DNA of 32,000 bases, taken from contig NZ_CP076228.1 in the NCBI RefSeq assembly GCF_021378375.1, positions 60,001-92,000 of the forward strand, read 5' to 3'. The notes below the pieces were generated by a model, which made no database searches, was not told the origin of the DNA, and saw nothing but the letters and a program-made list of their open reading frames with translations. This document shows, one piece after another, positions 28,302-32,000 of this stretch. Numbering within the stretch: position 1 is the stretch's first letter; every line of letters begins with the position of its first letter. A program made the position numbers and the translations under genes. Source of the stretch: Wolbachia endosymbiont of Drosophila innubila (lineage in GTDB: Bacteria > Pseudomonadota > Alphaproteobacteria > Rickettsiales > Anaplasmataceae).

Positions 28302-29030
28302 ATGTCCTTTTTAATAGTAGCAAATTGGAAAATGAATGGAATGCGTTCTTCATTTGTTGACTTTATAGGCAAACTTAACAACAAGAGCAACGAAATTACC
28401 TCTAAGCTAGTGATTTGCCCTCCTTTTACGTCATTTCCAAGCAGTATAGAGTTGAACAATAATATTAATATAGGAGCACAGAATTGCCATCATAAAAAGT
28501 TCGGTTCTTACACAGGTGAAATTAGTGCAGAAATGTTAAAAGAACTAGGGTGTACTTACGTAATACTTGGGCATTCTGAAAGGGCTAATGAAAAAGATAG
28601 TGAAATAAAACTTAAGTCGGAAATAGCAATAGAATCAGGCTTACACCCAATTATCTGTGTGGGTGAAAATTCAGAAGATTATAAGAATGAAAAAACAAAA
28701 GAAGTAATAGAATATCAATGCAAAAACCGTTTGCCAACACACGGTGAATATACCGTAGCATATGAGCCAATATGGGCAATAGGCACAGGTCATGTGCCAA
28801 ATAATGATGCAATTGCTAAGGTGATAGAGGTAATAAAATTGTGTACTAGTAAAAAACACATTATATATGGTGGTTCAGTCAGTTCAGAAAATATAGAAAA
28901 TTTGCTCAGTATCTCAAATTTATCAGGAGTTTTAATTGGCAGTGCAAGCTTAGATTTCGATCACTTTTATAAAATTATACAACAAGTTGAAAAAAAGTTT
29001 TCTCTTATCAATTCTAAAATCAGCAACTAA
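28302..29030 (+). CDS. tpiA: Triosephosphate isomerase
   Basis: [14 protein letters not shown]..., [60 protein letters not shown]. Confidence 0.97.
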   Translation: MSFLIVANWKMNGMRSSFVDFIGKLNNKSNEITSKLVICPPFTSFPSSIELNNNINIGAQNCHHKKFGSYTGEISAEMLKELGCTYVILGHSERANEKDSEIKLKSEIAIESGLHPIICVGENSEDYKNEKTKEVIEYQCKNRLPTHGEYTVAYEPIWAIGTGHVPNNDAIAKVIEVIKLCTSKKHIIYGGSVSSENIENLLSISNLSGVLIGSASLDFDHFYKIIQQVEKKFSLINSKISN

Positions 29031-29104
29031 GAATCCTATAACAAATGGCATCATTTCAGTGTCAAGCATATGTCTGTACGAGCATCTAGTATAGCTAAAG
29101 TAAT

Positions 29105-30193
29105 CTAGAAAATTAACGATATTTTATTCCCCGGTGAACGCTCTATTTTGTTTTCCAACTCTAGTTCTAAAAGAGCCATTAGAGCTATGTTGGTAGAAAG
29201 TCCGCTTGCTAATATAAGTTCATCTATATCAACAGGTACAGAGTTAATATGATCAACTATAACAGATTTTGCCTGTTGTAATTTTTCTTGTTTTTGGTTA
29301 ACAAAATGGTGCTCAACATCAAATAGGTTTTTTTGCTGCGGAGGTAAACTAAACCTAATACTCTCTATTATGTCATCAGCGGATTCGATAAGCTTAGCAC
29401 CGTTTTTAATTAAATAATTACTACCACTACAGCGTGAATCTAAAGGGAAACCAGAAACTGCAAACACCTCTCTCCCTTGATTTAAAGCAAAATCTGCTGT
29501 TATTAGAGAGCCAGAACGTTTCGATGCTTCAATCACTGCAACACCTAGCGATAGGCCAGATATAATTCGATTCCTTTGAGGAAAATACTGAGGCTTTGGT
29601 TTAGTAGCAAATGGAAGCTCAGTAATTACTAACCCACCGTTCCCAGTGATTTTTTTGTATAGATCAAAATTCTCTTTTGGATACACCACATCAATTCCGC
29701 TTGCTGTAACAGCAATAGTGGGATGATTTTTGTATATTACACTGTTTGCTGCAGTATCAATTCCTCTTGCAAGTCCAGAAACGATAATAAAACCAGCTTC
29801 GCTTAAATCAAGTGCCAACTTATTGGCAAAATTTCTTCCATTCATTGAACAGTTACGCCCACCGATTATTGCAATTATCTCACGGCTTAATAATGATATA
29901 TCACCAAGCGCAGTTATTACAGGAGGACAACTAGGGATATTTCTTAAAAGATCAGGGTAATCTGGGTCACATGCGGGTATAATTTTAGCTCCAATTCTTT
30001 CTGCATTATTGATTTCTTCTCGTGCATCTTGAATGCCATACACCTTATCATTAGCCACCCTATTGAGATATTTTAGCACCTCATCTAGCGATCCGTGTGT
30101 TCTTAGTATACTAAAAAACTTTATTGGTCCTATGGTTCTAGCCAGGCTTAACCATACTTCTAATTCTTTGTTGTTCAATTTATTTATCTTCAT
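29105..30193 (-). CDS. dprA: DNA-processing protein DprA
   Basis: IAIIGGRNCSMNGRNFANKLALDLSEAGFIIVSGLARGIDTAANSV...ASGIDVVYPKEN...FPQRNRIISGLSLGVAVIEASKRSGSLITA. Confidence 0.96.
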   Translation of the reverse strand: MKINKLNNKELEVWLSLARTIGPIKFFSILRTHGSLDEVLKYLNRVANDKVYGIQDAREEINNAERIGAKIIPACDPDYPDLLRNIPSCPPVITALGDISLLSREIIAIIGGRNCSMNGRNFANKLALDLSEAGFIIVSGLARGIDTAANSVIYKNHPTIAVTASGIDVVYPKENFDLYKKITGNGGLVITELPFATKPKPQYFPQRNRIISGLSLGVAVIEASKRSGSLITADFALNQGREVFAVSGFPLDSRCSGSNYLIKNGAKLIESADDIIESIRFSLPPQQKNLFDVEHHFVNQKQEKLQQAKSVIVDHINSVPVDIDELILASGLSTNIALMALLELELENKIERSPGNKISLIF

Positions 30194-30254
30194 AAAAAGC
30201 TTGAATTTCTTATCAATTTAGTGTACCCAAGATAATGCAAATATACAGTGTTTT

Positions 30255-30629
30255 ATGACGCATTTTGTTACAGATAAATGCATAAAATGTAAATATACAG
30301 ACTGCGTGGAAGTATGTCCCGTTGACTGCTTCTATGAAGGCAAAAACATGCTCGTGATTAACCCAGATGAATGTATTGATTGCGGAGTGTGCATACCTGA
30401 GTGTCCAGTAGATGCAATTGTAACTGATGATTCCATAAAAGATATTTTAGAACTAGATGAAGAGTTGCTGAGCAGCGAACAAAAAACTTTCAAGTTATTT
30501 TACGATATAAATGTAGAATACTCACAAAAGTGGCCAAATATTACAGCTAAAAAACAACCCCTCTATACTGCAGAAGAGTATAAGGAAAAAAAGGATAAAA
30601 CAGCTTATTTTGATGAAAATTTAGAATAA
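30255..30629 (+). CDS. fdxA: Ferredoxin, 7Fe/8Fe type
   Basis: [28 protein letters not shown]...[18 protein letters not shown]. Confidence 0.96.
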   Translation: MTHFVTDKCIKCKYTDCVEVCPVDCFYEGKNMLVINPDECIDCGVCIPECPVDAIVTDDSIKDILELDEELLSSEQKTFKLFYDINVEYSQKWPNITAKKQPLYTAEEYKEKKDKTAYFDENLE

Positions 30630-30822
30630 TGCTACTGAAGGAAAAGAAACTTTTTGTATTTCAGGGTTGTTGTTTTTGGTTGCTGAAAATAGTTGCGTTA
30701 TCTAAGTTGTTATGCTGATAAATTAGTATCGATTAATTTAAGGATTAAGGAAAAAGGCTTATTGACTTTTGAAATATTTGATTATAAAACTAGCTGTTAG
30801 CATTAAATCTTGGGGGTAAGTT

Positions 30823-31071
30823 ATGAGTATAAATAAAAGAGAAACCATTAAAAAGATTGAAGGGTTACTTTTTCAAGCGAACGGTAATCTTGAAAAAGCA
30901 TGTGATCTATTATCAACAGTAGAGTTAACCGAAGATGATATTAAAATATTGCTGGAAGAGATGATAAAAGAGTATCATAGCTTGTTTGAAAAGATTTCTT
31001 GGAGTTGTGGAATTACTGCAGGCAGTGCACAAGATGCCAACGCAAGCAGCTTCAACGAAGTTTTTAGCTAG
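30823..31071 (+). CDS. Small hypothetical protein
   Basis: Open frame with ATG preceded by gggggtaagtt; helical, no recognised family. Confidence 0.6.
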   Translation: MSINKRETIKKIEGLLFQANGNLEKACDLLSTVELTEDDIKILLEEMIKEYHSLFEKISWSCGITAGSAQDANASSFNEVFS

Positions 31072-31088
31072 GTTCAAAAGAGTTAGCA

Positions 31089-31607
31089 TTGGCAATGACG
31101 TCAGATCTCAGAAAGTCTTATGATCAAGAATTATTTAAGAAATATAAAAAAGAAGAAATGTCTTATCCTGAAGGAGAAGGAGTACAATTTATTAGAGAAT
31201 TGAGAGTTCTAAGTAGAATACTTACTATATCTTTAATAAGGAAACTTGATGAAGTTTACAAGTTTACTCCAGAAGAAATTGAGCGTTTGAAGGAATATAT
31301 GTTAGTTAGCAACTATGATATAAGCAAAAGTCTTTCTGATATAGACAAATATATGCATGCACTATCTGCCTTAATTAGAAACTCTTCACTTGATACAAAA
31401 AAGATATTTGAGCTAAATAATCGAATGATAATACACACTACAGCCTTAATTGATTTAGTAACTAGTGGAGTAGTGAAAAAAGAAGAAGCAAAAGAACAAT
31501 CTGCTGAGGATTTAGAAAAGCTTATCTGTGAACAGTATAAAGGTGCAGCAAACACGCCACTACCGTTGCAGAGCACGCTATTTGAAGTGGATAAAAAAAG
31601 TGCTTGA
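31089..31607 (+). CDS. Hypothetical helical protein
   Basis: 172-aa open frame directly downstream of 30823..31071; no recognised family. Start may be the ATG at 31095. Confidence 0.65.
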   Translation: MAMTSDLRKSYDQELFKKYKKEEMSYPEGEGVQFIRELRVLSRILTISLIRKLDEVYKFTPEEIERLKEYMLVSNYDISKSLSDIDKYMHALSALIRNSSLDTKKIFELNNRMIIHTTALIDLVTSGVVKKEEAKEQSAEDLEKLICEQYKGAANTPLPLQSTLFEVDKKSA

Positions 31608-31692
31608 AGAAAGTTTATAGTTAGCCAAAGTAGGTATTTAATAAGCTTAATGTAACCATTATGTATGCTATATAGCAAAACATAGAATGCTT

Positions 31693-32000
31693 ATGATTCC
31701 AACTATAGCAATTTTAAGTGGTGGATTTTCTTGTGAGAGAGAAATATCGCTTATGAGCGGAAAAGCAGTGAAGAAGGCGCTCGATAGCCTTTCATATAAT
31801 GCAATAGAAATAGATGTTGACAGCAATATTGCTGAAAAGCTTAAAAAAATTAATCCGGGCCTTGCTTTTATCGCTCTGCATGGACCTTATGGTGAAGATG
31901 GCTGCATTCAAGGTTTATTGGAAATCTTAGGTATAAAATATACACACTCAGGAGTTATGGCTTCTGCCGTTGCTATAAATAAAGTGATGTCAAAGCATAT
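31693..32000 (+). CDS. ddl: D-alanine--D-alanine ligase, N-terminal part (runs off window)
   Basis: IPTIAILSGGFSCEREISLMSGKAVKKAL...LAFIALHGPYGEDGCIQGLLEILGIKYTHSGVMASAVAINKVMSKH. Confidence 0.96.
   Translation, partial: MIPTIAILSGGFSCEREISLMSGKAVKKALDSLSYNAIEIDVDSNIAEKLKKINPGLAFIALHGPYGEDGCIQGLLEILGIKYTHSGVMASAVAINKVMSKH

Overview
This is an AT-rich window from an obligate intracellular alphaproteobacterium. Gene content and repeat style fit Wolbachia; that is inference, as no database was searched. The chromosomal core genes are leuS (3' part), a surface-antigen-like OMP, pdxJ, an HU/IHF-family gene, rpsI, rplM, a tolC-like gene, a popZ-like gene, rlmE, fabI, secD, guaB, rsmA, tRNA-Thr(TGT), tpiA, dprA, fdxA and ddl (5' part). 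Between about 8.0 and 22.1 kb is an accessory block: a cluster of palindromic repeats, an ankyrin/coiled-coil/TM gene split by a frameshift, and two nearly identical group II introns whose RT genes carry different frameshifts. The block also holds a small phage or gene-transfer-agent-like connector/tail cassette, an intron 5' fragment interrupted by an IS3-like element, a porin, and a PAS protein with a degenerate GGDEF-like C-terminus. Three IS3-like elements occur in all: two near-identical and one diverged. The strongest observation is that intron copy 1 appears to interrupt the head-tail connector gene right after its start codon, downstream of a strong Shine-Dalgarno. Removing 12093..14010 recreates AAAGGAGGG-TTATT-ATG-TCA-ATA-AGA in frame with the connector ORF. 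I found no clearly new defence or toxin system.
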